Source: Geosiphon pyriformis uo1 (lineage: Eukaryota; Fungi; Glomeromycota). From it: a stretch of DNA of 64,000 bases. The notes under the pieces are model-generated. The model was not told where the DNA came from, did not search any database, and saw only the letters and a list, made by a program, of their open reading frames with translations. The position numbers and the translations under genes were made by a program. Location: the NCBI GenBank assembly GCA_016748015.1, contig JAAOMT010000571.1, positions 561,095 to 625,094 of the forward strand, in the 5' to 3' direction. Positions 39,038 through 50,860 of this stretch are shown here, piece after piece. The stretch's first letter is position 1; each line of letters begins with the position of its first letter.

Positions 39038-40984
39038 ATGGGTTGTATGTATAGAGAGCCCTTTGGCTTGATTTTCAATTGAAATGCGGAAACAGCAATA
39101 ATTTACCGGGTTATATTAGAGAAGAATAGATATAATTAATATATGTGCCTTGGCACCGCTGAACCGCTTGATTTCCTGTTTTTGCTCGGTTTCCTTATTT
39201 TTGACCAATTTCGATTTAACATGTGTTTATGCTTTCTTCTCCTTATAAATAGTTCGATTCCTCCATCTTATCCGGCCATTTATGGCCATACTCCCTGAGG
39301 TTACGTCGCCTGACCGCAAGGTAATAATATCTTAACTATTCGCCTAAATATTAAGATTGATTCAACCTTTCCCACAACAAACCATTAACGGATACATCTT
39401 GGCTCTCGTCTTTAGGTGCCTTTTAAGCAGAAGATTTTGTGGACAGCCGTAACACTATTCATTTTCTTGGTATGCTCCCAAATCCCACTCTATGGTATCA
39501 TGTCTTCCGATTCTTCGGATCCTCTGTACTGGTTACGTGTCATTCTTGCGTCCAACAGAGGCACCCTAATGGAGCTCGGAATAACTCCAATTGTTACCTC
39601 TGGTATGATTATGCAATTGTTGGCCGGCGCCAATATTATTGAAGTCGATTTCAGCGTCAAAGAGGATCGTGCATTGTTCAGTGGTGCTCAAAAGCTCTTT
39701 GCAATGGTATTTGCATTTGGTCAGGCTACTGTTTCCGTAATGACAGGTCTATATGGCGATCCAAGCGATATTGGTGCTGGTGTTTGCTTGTTGTTGATTA
39801 TTCAATTGGTCATTGCTGGTCTTATCTCTATGTTGTTGGATGAACTCTTACAGAAAGGCTACGGACTTGGTTCTGGAATTTCTTTGTTTATTGCCACCAA
39901 CATCTGCGAATCCATTGTCTGGAAAGCCTTCAGCCCTACTACTGTTAATACTGGACGTGGTCCCGAATTTGAAGGCGCCATCATTGCTTTGTTCCATCTT
40001 GTGTTCACTCGTAGTGATAAGACACGAGCATTGAAAGAGGCTTTCTACCGCAACAATTTGCCAAATGTGATGAATCTTTTAGCCACTTTGGTTGTGTTTG
40101 CTATAGTTATCTATCTTCAAGGTTTTCGTGTGGAACTTCCTGTAAAGTCGCAACGTTACCGTGGTCAACGTGGCACCTATCCCATCAAACTATTTTATAC
40201 TTCGAACATGCCGATTATGTTGCAATCTGCTCTTACCTCCAATGTGTTTTTGATCTCGCAAATGTTATACAATAGATTTCCAGATAATTTTCTTGTCCGC
40301 TTGCTAGGTGTATGGACGGTGAGTCTTTAATTGTTTTCTCAGTTTAAACATAATTTTTTATTGACCTATGGCTTAATTTTATCGTTTTGTTAGCCTTTCG
40401 AAGGTGGTTCTCAATTACATGCATCCAGTGGTCTCGCTTATTTCATCTCGCCACCTCTGAGTATTAAAGAAGCAATCCTTGATCCTATACACACTACTAT
40501 TTATGTTGCCTTTATGCTAACTGCATGCGCCCTTTTTTCAAAAACCTGGATTGAGGTTTCTGGATCTTCACCTCGTGATGTTGCTAAGCAACTCAAAGAG
40601 CAGGGCATGGTTATGGCCGGTCATCGTGAAACATCCATGTATAAAGAATTAAAACGTGTCATTCCTACTGCTGCTGCTTTTGGTGGTGCTTGTATTGGGG
40701 CTTTATCTGTTCTTGCTGATTTACTAGGTAAATTATATTCATTTATTTTTCTTTACCTTTTTTTCTGAAAAACTTTAACTCCTTCAACATACTCAGGTGC
40801 TCTTGGATCTGGTACTGGGATACTATTGGCTGTTACCATCATCTATTCGTACTTTGAGATGTTTGTCAAGGTTTGTTTAGGGTCTCATGGATGAAAGTTT
40901 TTGGTATTTTTCCATCTAAATCATAAATATTTTATTATCCAACAGGAACAAGCACAAGAGGGTGGTCTTGACGCACTTTTTTAA
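39038..40984 (+). CDS. SEC61: Protein translocon subunit Sec61 alpha; exons 39038-39044, 39253-39320, 39416-40318, 40394-40727, 40797-40870, 40946-40984
   Basis: [17 protein letters not shown]; [25 protein letters not shown]; [19 protein letters not shown]; [22 protein letters not shown] introns keep the frame. Confidence 0.98.
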
Positions 40985-41665
40985 TCGCTATCTGATTGAC
41001 AATTCAACCGAAAAAAAAGCGAGCACCGCCTTAGATTATTTTTTTCCCAAAAAAGAAACCTATATTACAAACATTCTTTAATATCCTCAAAATCCTGCAT
41101 ATTGCACCAGATAAAAAGAAATTAGTTGGAGGAGTTGATTCTCATTGATATTTCATCAATGGCTTCGGGGTTTTTCGACAGGAAGGACCATAGAAACGAG
41201 TGCAAGAATATCTTGTCTCCGTTATCATCTTTCGTTGAGGTTGTCTTAACGCTTACTCATTTTTTCTTTGTAAATGTTTTAATTAAATTCATTTTGCTTT
41301 AGATTTATATCCTAGAGATATGTTTGAATCAATGTTGTGAATATCATGATTAAATGCAAGACATGGACAATGATTCTATTTTTTGGCTTTTAAATTTAAT
41401 TATTCTAAAAACAATTTCGATATCTAGCAATGGTTAAGTTTTTTACAAAGAAATTAATTTCAGCCAATAGCCCAATCACGAACTTCTCGACTTCCATGTT
41501 ATGGCTAAAACTTGACGATTCTTCAGTCGATTATCATCTTCACTTAATACCATTCATTTTATATTAATATAAATACAGAAGTATTGTATTTAGGTAAAGG
41601 TATAACTTGTGTGATTTACAAAATTACCGTGTATCAATAATAAATACAATATAAGGAAGATTCGA

Positions 41666-42265
41666 TCATATGCGATCTTTCCCCAAGTCAATCTTTCGTT
41701 CGGGATTCTGTATTACGATTAAAAGGTATTTGTGCTCTGTGACGTCTAGTTCACAAAAGAGAAGATTTAATCAAAAAGCTTTATTGATAGAATATTGTGG
41801 AATCCATTTTGTTACCTGGGGCAACCAGAATTTCATATTGCTTGCTTCTGACACGAAGAAATGTCAGTTCGTTCTGAATTGACAACAGCAATATTGATTA
41901 TTAGATTGCTCAAAAATGATTCCATAAATATAATAAAGACTCAGATGCTCTTGAAGACTACCCTATTTCTGCTCAATTTTTTATTTCTCCGGTACTTACG
42001 CTGTCACTCTCGTCCACCTCAGAAATTAGATTCTGAGTCTGTTTGACAAGTTTTGCAATCTTTTCAGCATAGAGTTTTGTCTGAATCGCATCAAAGGTGG
42101 TCTTAATTATAGAACCTTCTTTGTCGGTCGCCAACACCCCTTTAACATGCGAATTGACAATCAGGGGTTTCATAATTTCGTCCAAGTCTTGTGATGTCTA
42201 TATCAAAGGATCAAAAAAATCAAAAAAGAGAAAAACTTAGAGAAACAGCAAGAATAACTTACCAT
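41666..42265 (-). CDS. Dynein light chain, roadblock/LC7 type; exons 42263-42265, 42000-42197, 41816-41873, 41666-41736
   Basis: VKGVLATDKEGSIIKTT...[31 protein letters not shown] is the roadblock signature. Canonical splice sites. Confidence 0.92.
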
Positions 42266-42557
42266 GGCAAAGTTCGTGAATCAACTATTGGAATTCATCT
42301 TGCAACAGATTTTAAAGTTTTCACATTACTGGTGTAACATCTGCTCATGATCCTTTTCTGCTAAATTGGACAAAGGTCTCATGCATTTGTAATTTTTGAC
42401 TTTCATTGCAAAAAACATTTGTTTTCGAAACATTATTTAACATCAATAAAATATATTTAACTGCTAATTTAAACTTTTTTCTCATATTTTAAGATTGGCA
42501 AAAGGGTTAAAATTTTTAAAATAGTCATTCTTATTATCTTTTCAACTATATATTAAT

Positions 42558-43965
42558 TTAATCATCCCATTCTGGTGGAGGACCTAGTTCATGGCTCTGC
42601 ATTCCATTATAATCGTTGGCTTCTCGTTTATACATTTTTTTCAAGTTATCTCCCTGGTGTCCATTATAAGGACGGTCTATATTATTACAATCCAATTGTC
42701 CAAAATAATTTGTTCCCATCATGTATTCCTCAATATTTCCAACCTCACTGGCGAGATATTCCCAATTAACTTCGCGTCCAGAATATGAGTTTTTGCCCTT
42801 ATATTTTCTACCATCTTGACTTGAAGAATCTAATTCATTTTTATAACCAACCTGTTCAATGAATTCGCTATAGCTGAGTCCTCCTCGACGATTACGAACA
42901 TTTTCATCATATAACCTTGAAAGCCCCAGAGCCCTTTGCACCTCATCTTTTAATGTTTTCCATTCAGCGTCGTGAACCGCTTCACGACCAATAAAAAGGT
43001 AATCATAGCCTAGATAGAGAGTTTTTATTTAAAGAACAGATTTGATTCGATGAATTTTCATGATGGAAAAGGAGTTAAGCGTACGTAGCTTTCCCACAAT
43101 TGGTAATGCGTATCGAATCGACTCTCTTAAACGACGTCTAATGCGCATTAGATATTGCTCTTTTCTATTTATTTGTTGATAGTTAGTTATAACTTTATAG
43201 CGAAAAGTCTGAATCGGAATAATTGATGACAAAGCTATTTTAAAGATGTGATCAGTTGATTTTTTAATTAAGGGAATTTCATTTAAATAATTTTTTTTAA
43301 AACATACAATAAAAAACATCCTCTGGTCGCCACTTCCGGCATACCAAGGTGAAAAATTTATTAGACGTGGATGGATGAACTCTTTTTTTCAAAATATCCT
43401 TAATCGTCATTTCGTCTATGATGTGCATCTAATTGTTGATTATTAAAGATTTCACAGAAATATACAAGGGATTCACCAGAAATATCCCTTCTGTTTTAAA
43501 TCAAGATCAGTTTATAATATTAAGAATTTTCGCGGAACTTGCCTCATTGGGATGTAAAAGAGGAACGCATTTTCCGTCTGGGGATTTTTTTAGAAAACTT
43601 TTCTCATCCGGAAAATCTAAATTTTTCAGTACTTGTTTTTGCTCCAAGCTTAATTTTGAAAATTCCTCAGATCGATTGAAACCATCTTGGTGGGATAGAA
43701 CTTTGGAATGTTGATTTTCCAGAACAGGCCAACTTTCTTGGGGTGGCTCGAAATTTTGATCTTTCCTTTCCAAATTAGGCCAACTTTCTTTGGAAGTGTC
43801 AAAATTTTGATCTTGCTTTTTGCTAGAAGACCAACTTGTTCTCTGGAAGGTATTTATAGAAAATGGTATAAACCATGGTCTTGAACGGTGAGACCCTGAA
43901 ATTTTTGGATGGGCAACCTGTTCAAAAGTAACTTGACGCAATCTCAACGGTAGAAGCTTGAACAT
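42558..43965 (-). CDS. 381-aa protein with a central RnpA-like (bacterial RNase P protein) domain, probably mitochondrial; exons 43543-43965, 43308-43428, 43085-43234, 42558-43009
   Basis: The spliced model is in frame (one GC-AG and two GT-AG introns). Core RIRRRLRESIRYALPIVGKLRYDYLFIGREAVHDAEWKTLKDEVQRAL resembles RnpA helix 2-strand-helix 3. Basic N-terminus MFKLLPLRLRQ. Gene confidence is high; function confidence is moderate. Confidence 0.65.
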
Positions 43966-44222
43966 CAGGTAGTTAATAAATTCGTTGCTAACATCCGCAG
44001 CCACGAAAAAACACGTGTACGAATCTCATTATTAATTTTTAATCAAAAAACAAATTTTTATTTTTTAATTATTATATTTATTAAAATATTATTATAAACA
44101 TCACAAATTAATTTTTCCAAGGTATACTGTAACTTATCTGACGTCATGTTTGTCCAAGGAAATAGTGACAAAAAACGTCATCCTCCATATGATAGATAAT
44201 ATTTCCGAACACATGCGACAGA

Positions 44223-44954
44223 ATGAAATTCCCAAACGTCAACGTTTTCTTTCCTAGAAAAGCGTTAGAGTTATTTCCTATTAAACAAATATCAAGCCGA
44301 AAGTCAGTTGCGTTTTTTGCACCGAGGACGCGTCTCTTTTCCCTTAGCTCACAAGTACAACAACAAAAGCAGGAACATGATAGTCTTGAAACATTTCTTG
44401 CTCTCAAAAATCTGAACACAACAGCTTCTGTCTATACTGGCACTTTATATGAATATGAAACAATTCACTGTCTCCAAAATATTTTTGGAGTTGATTCAAG
44501 ACGAACTGGTCAATCTTATGATTGCGGGATTGACTTCCGTGGATATTGGACGTTTTTCGGAAAAAGATTATGTTTAATTGGGCAATGTAAAAATCATTAT
44601 ACAAGATGTGGTCCAAGACATGTCCGTGAATTAGAAGGAACACTCAGTCACGAATCACCTGCAACATGCGGAATTCTTTCCGCAAAAAAAGGATTTACTG
44701 AGGCAGCTAAGTTACAATTTAAAGCATCACCGTGGCCGTTAATTTTGATGGCTGTTAGGCCAGGTGGCGATAACTGTGAATTATTTATGTGGAACAACGC
44801 TGCTGAGCATTTTTTCGATGGATTTCAAGTAACAGTCCAATTTGAGAATCATCCGGAAATCCCAGCCTTAACAATCGAACGACCGGTTTTGATGTATCAA
44901 GGAAAACCTTTTAAAACATTGCTTAAAAAACAAAAACTTTTAAATCAACAGTGA
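44223..44954 (+). CDS. RRG7: RRG7-like (DUF2034) mitochondrial PD-(D/E)xK restriction-endonuclease-fold protein
   Basis: SVYTGTLYEY, D.GIDFRGYW, IGQCK, P.HVRELEG; presequence-like N-terminus; single exon. Confidence 0.8.
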   Translation: MKFPNVNVFFPRKALELFPIKQISSRKSVAFFAPRTRLFSLSSQVQQQKQEHDSLETFLALKNLNTTASVYTGTLYEYETIHCLQNIFGVDSRRTGQSYDCGIDFRGYWTFFGKRLCLIGQCKNHYTRCGPRHVRELEGTLSHESPATCGILSAKKGFTEAAKLQFKASPWPLILMAVRPGGDNCELFMWNNAAEHFFDGFQVTVQFENHPEIPALTIERPVLMYQGKPFKTLLKKQKLLNQQ

Positions 44955-46004
44955 GGAGTGCGTGTTTATAGATTTGTTGCGATCATGGAAGGAGATTGGG
45001 AAAAGTTAAAATGGAAATAGCAGGCCAAAATTTCTACCGGTTTAACTGATGTCTTTAGACTTCCTTTTTTAAAAACTAATAAAATTAAGAAACTGAACAA
45101 TAATTTAAAGTAGTGTTTTTAGTGGATCTAATTATCTATTTTTGGCAAGATACTGAACATACTATATTTTAATTTTAACTTTTTTAAGATAAATAGAGGC
45201 TTTTCATTATCGCTTTTGGTTACGCTGGTATGACAACTCAAGGTCGGAGCCTTGAAATAGAGATTTCGCGCTCAAATTTGGCCTTTTTTTTACTGTTTTT
45301 AAAGGCCATTTTAACACTGGGGAGGTTTACTTGAAAACGTACAAAAATACCCAAAAAGATACAGTACTATGATTTCATACTTTTGAAATGATTGCCCAAA
45401 TTAGTTCATTTGCTTGAAATGAGAAACATCTGGCCTAGTTTTCCAATGAACTTTCGATGACACTTGCGGATCATTTCGATCCACTGTATCGTAGGTAATT
45501 AGAAAATCCTTATTATTGTATTGATTGCGATCTCAAATATTTAATTTTTGTTTATAATTGCTTTCTTTAACATTAGGATGCTTCTCATGTCCCCCCCCCC
45601 CCACCCCCCGGTATTATTCAGAATTATGTTGATCATCCTGTTCTTATGGTTGCTAATCATTGCTAAAACCTTTCAAGATTATGGCTAAAAGTTGGCTACA
45701 TCTGCTATGACTAAAGATCTTTGTTTCCAGTTTTTTAACTCAATATTTAAAGTTAAAAACTTTATGTTAAAAAATCTTGGAACATTGGAGAATGGTCAAG
45801 CCATAAGAAATAAACGGAATTATAAAATTCTTGTACGTTTTGAAAAAACAAAAGATTAAGTTCTAAAATAACTATGTAAGGACTTTATTGATATCAATCA
45901 GAATAGGGAATTTTCTTTATTAAACATGTTTAGGCAACAAACTTCAACTTTAAATGTGGGCTCGATCACATGATATAAAAAATTATAATTTCACGTTTAT
46001 TTCA

Positions 46005-47530
46005 TCAGGGTTTTTTCTTATTTCTCGCAGATTTTCTTCTTGCCTTACCTGGACGCTTTTTGACAAATTTCTTCGACTTACCTGGTGATGCCTAAATATC
46101 AAAATATATGGAAGATTAGCTAGGCTTATATAAATGGTCATCCAAATTAAAACAATTCTACATAAAAACCAGGCCACTTACTCCCCATGTATCTTTCATC
46201 TTTTTTGGATTAAATCCCTCTATATCCCCAGAAGATTCTGCAGTGTTGGATTTTGAAAAACGTTTTTTCCCTCCAAACCCGAACTTCGAATCCTATTATT
46301 AAAATTTTCCCAGTTATAGTTTTAAGATCGATGATTTTTTTGGAGATTTTAATAATTTATTTACCTTTGTGATGCGTTTTTTATTAGCAGCCCCTGTTTT
46401 TTGCCATTTATTTGGCCTTTTATCACTGGTGGCAGCTTCCTCCAGCGCAATATCAAAGTCATCATTTAAGGCGGTGTCTTCAATACCCTTTCGTTCTAGT
46501 ATAGAGAGCACAATTGGTAATCATAGGATCAAATATTCGGTTCATCAATAACAACGACAGAGCAATGAAATCAAAATATTTTACTTTTTTTCATCGCCTT
46601 GATCTTATCCAAATCCTGGGACTTTTGCTTTTGTCGTTCCTGAATTTTTTCGATTTGTACCTTCTTCCCAAACTTTTTCAACTCACGTTGACGGCGCGCA
46701 TCTTCGCCCACTTTGATTTTTTGGGATTCGTCCAACAATCTCTGTCGAATTCGTGCCATCTGTTCGTCGGATTTTACCATTTCAGCAAAGTAGTCATCTG
46801 GACGACTGAATGGAATACCAGATTCAAGAAGACGAGCACGACCTTCCATTGCTGCTCCCAAGGCTTGCTTATAACTTTGATAAGATATCCCAAGGCAAAA
46901 ATATGAGACTCGAATCTTATAATTGATGAAAAAGAAATAGGCCAAATGGATGATTACAATGCAAGCTCCCTTTCCATGTCATTATTGACATCTGTAATAA
47001 TGATGGGTTGGGAGGATATTAGGGTCTGTGTCTCAATCCAGGGAAGCTCGAGTTTCAATTCGGAAACAACCCGTTTTAATGCAACCTTCATTAAAAAGAA
47101 TTTTTAAAATTTGAGATATGCCACAGAAGAACGGCATCAAGATTAGGTTCTATTGATTTTATTCGGATTTTTTACCAAATACCTTATTATTAATGGTAAT
47201 GCGTTGTCTTGGAACTGCATCTTCTTCTAATTCCTCTTGCGACAATTGATCTAATGTTATCTCTTCTGTATCTTTTATTTCATGCTCTTTTGTTTCCTCA
47301 ATGTCAGAATTTTTATCTGATTCACTGTTTTTTTCTGCTGATAGTTCACGAAACATCCTATCTATTTTTCTAGTATTATCTTCTTTTTCTGTCTCTTTTT
47401 GATCTATTTCCGAGTCTTGGTCAGTCCATTCTTTATCCTCTTCTTGCTCTGCATACTTCTGTTGTTTTATGCGTGATTCCTTCCTTGTTGCTTTTTTACT
47501 TGATTTGAACTGTATTTTTTTTGAATGCAT
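46005..47530 (-). CDS. EBP2: rRNA-processing protein Ebp2 (multi-exon)
   Basis: DMERELAFYKQAL; PFSRPDDYFAEMVKSDEQM.RIRQRL; KKFGKKVQ; KFGFGGKKRFSKSNTAESS; KRPGKARR. Confidence 0.95.
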
Positions 47531-47688
47531 CTGTCAAATTTCCAAACCCAGTGGGAAAAGTAAATTTGAGGTAAATCGTACTTTAATCACCAGTTTTCAC
47601 ATCAGATCCGAACACGATCATCGATAAGTAAGAGAAAGATGTATTTCTATTGGTGGGATTGATCTTGTAAAATCATACCAAAACCACG

Positions 47689-49828
47689 ATGAACCAAACA
47701 CAACGCTGTCTTGTTGCTTTCTCAAAATTATCCAATTGCCCTCGAATAGGCAGGATCAAGAAAGTTAAAACGTCAAGAATTCAAAGTGAATTCGAATATA
47801 ATTATCATCTCTGTAATTCAATACTATTTCTAAAAAGATGGTATTCGACAGGTATTATAAACAAAATAATGCCGAAAATTTTTGATCAAATCAGAATGTG
47901 TCAGAACTAGTTAAATCTTGATTTTGTGATGAACTGGAAAATTTGGGTTGTTGATAATTAGGCAAAATCACGAAATTTGATGAATCAAATTCTGGAACCA
48001 TCCTCAAAGATACATTACTGAATGCCAAAGTGCGTGAAAAACTCGAGGAGTTGATCATGCGGCATAATGTGTTGTTGAAAGAGTTTGATAGACTGGTGGG
48101 TAGGACAGCTTTTATATTCTATTCCAAAAATCAAAATTACCCTTTGCAAATACCTGCTTAAACTTTATGTATATTTTTTTATCTTTAGGCTTCAAATTTT
48201 CAAGACTCAGATGCCTATACTAAGAAATCGAAAGAGTTGTCAGATGTTGGTGATATTGCTTTGCCATACAAAGAATTGAAAAAGGCTGAATATGTATTGC
48301 GATGTAATTTGGCTCACTTTAACTTGGATTTATGGCTCATTTATGGTTCATTTTTTGTTATAATACATTGGTCTTTAAAGGAACTAACGGAAATCTTGCA
48401 AATGATTGCTGAATCAGAAAACGATCAAGATCTCAGATTAATGGCTCAGGAAGAGTATACCAATACTGTGAAACGGATCCTAGATATTGAACGAAAAATT
48501 GTATCAGCTCTTCTACCAAAAGATAACGCAGATCAGGGAAATGCAATTCTTGAAGTTCGTGCAGGTATCAGTTTTAATTTTATTAATTTTCTTTAAAAAT
48601 GCTCATTTAAGTCTGACGTTTTAATCGTTATGATATTCAAAATTTAAATTATGATAGGAACTGGGGGTGATGAGGCAGCACTTTTTGGCAATGAAATGCT
48701 ACGGATGTATGAGAGATATGCCGTTTTAAGAAAATGGCAGTTTGAAATTTTGTCCGTTTCAGAAGAATCGAGTGGTGGGATTAAGGTAATTTTTTGTGAC
48801 CACGCTCAAACGTGATTTGGGTTATCACATTTGAGTATAAATTCAGAACAAGATTTTGAGCTAATATTTTTAATAGGAAGCTTCGGTATCAATAAACGGT
48901 AGTGGAGTGTTTGGAAATCTGAGATATGAATCGGGTGTTCATCGTGTTCAACGCATTCCGGCTACTGAAAATCAGGGCCGAGTTCATACTAGCACAATTA
49001 CAGTGGCAATTTTGCCGGAGCCTACTGAGGTAGTCAGTTTTTGAGGTCAAAGAAGCTTTCATTTTTGGCTGGCTCATTTTATCTTTAAATTTATTCTTGT
49101 TTCAAAGGTGGATGTTAATATCAAAGAATCAGACCTAAGAATAGATATTTATCGTGCAAGCGGAAAAGGAGGTCAACATGTGAATAAAACAGAAAGTGCT
49201 GTTCGACTGACACACATACCCACTGGTTTGGTTGTTGCTATCCAAGATGAGCGATCACAACCAAAGGTATTAGAAAAGTTAATGTTATATGATTACTTAT
49301 ATTCGGTAACTTTTCACAGAATTGTTACCTTTCCATAACCACCGGTACATAGAACAAAGCCAAAGCTTTAAAAATTTTACAAGCAAGGTTATACGATTTG
49401 GAACGGAAAAAGCTGCAGACTGAGCGAACGGATGCACGGCGACAACAGGTTAATTAATTGATCGATAGCATCTTCTATTTTATCATCTTACAGAAAATTT
49501 TTCCAAGTAAAATTTGCTGAAAATATATAATCGTCTTTATAGATTGGAACAGCGGAACGATCCGAAAAGATTCGTACATACAATTTTCCCCAGGTATTTT
49601 ATCTACGCGCGTGTTTTTCACCTAGTATTATTTGAAGTTTTTTAAGGCTCCTTTGATTATTGAATATAAATTTTGCTTTGTTGATGAACTTAGAATCGTG
49701 TCACGGACCATCGGCTAAACCTTACACTTCATGAATTGGAAAATGTTATGAATGGGATTTCGCTGCAAACCATCATTGATAAATGTAAGCTTTACTTTGA
49801 AACAGAGGCTTTGGCGCGTTCTGTTTAA
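47689..49828 (+). CDS. MRF1: Mitochondrial peptide chain release factor 1 (multi-exon)
   Basis: [16 protein letters not shown]; [13 protein letters not shown] (PxT motif); [18 protein letters not shown] (GGQ); [19 protein letters not shown]. Confidence 0.95.
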
Positions 49829-49916
49829 GATTCGTCAGTATATAAGGTATCTTATATTTGAAATATATAAATTATATTTTATTTAATAAAATAATTATAA
49901 TTAAATTAATGTATTC

Positions 49917-49937
49917 ATTTAAATCTTATAATGTTTA

Positions 49938-49974
<37 letters not shown>
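49917..49974. repeat. (ATT)n microsatellite
   Basis: Direct tandem ATT run. Confidence 0.8.
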
Positions 49975-49976
<2 letters not shown>

Positions 49977-50424
49977 ATACTAAAACAAATTGTAGCCTTA
50001 TTATTAACTATAATATAAAACTAAAATATTCTACAAATAGTTATAATTATTGTTATTAAGATCCAAACCAATTATCTTCGAAAGAGTCGAGTCATAAATA
50101 TTTAACTCGGAATAATATGAGTCAAAATCTCATGATTTGACTCGACTCGCCGAGTCTTATATATAAGTAGATCAAATCTCAATTTAGCTCTTTTTAACTT
50201 AAAAAATGACAGATAATTAGAATAATATATTTGTTCCTGAAAATAATATGTTTGATAGTGATATTGAAGTAGATACTATAGTTATTATGACTGAAAAAAA
50301 GAAGTGAGCATGGGTTTGGAATTTTTATGAGCAACTTAGCAATAAAAAAGCTAAATATAATAACTGTTAATACTTTCAAATCTGAATTCAAAATGATTTT
50401 CTTGAATTTATTTCTCATTTTTTT

Positions 50425-50700
50425 TTATATTATTGGGTAGTTTACAGTCAAGATTTTCTGTAAAAGAGTTAACTTTTATAGCAAAAAACTACATATTATT
50501 AAAGAATTTACAGATTAAATTTTTTTGTAAAAAAGTTAACATTTACTACAAAATAACTATACAAAGTAATTAGCATAAAATTGGCCATTTTATTATAAGT
50601 CTAACAATATACATAGTTCAAAATATAAAGAAATACTTTAGAAGATTAATTAACTTATTAGAGATTCATTAACTTTTATTAACAGCAGAATTAACAACAC
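50425..50700 (+). repeat. Hypermutated fragment of a family-A LTR
   Basis: Aligns by eye to 8340-8560, e.g. TTCTGTAAAAGAGTTAACTTTTATAGCA vs TTCCTGTAGAAGAGTTGACTTTCACAGCA. Confidence 0.65.
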
Positions 50701-50860
50701 AATAGTATTAATAATATTAAGAAAAAAATAAAAAAATCTTCAATAATATTTAGTGCTTTTTCAAAAATAATACAGCAATAACTATATCAAAGTGATAATT
50801 GTATTTAACATAACAACTCTAAAATATTATCAATAATTTTATACTTATTATAAACAACAA

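Noticed and set aside
45590-45609. Poly-C tract as a functional G-quadruplex or regulatory element
   Set aside because: A single homopolymer in intergenic DNA with no supporting context.
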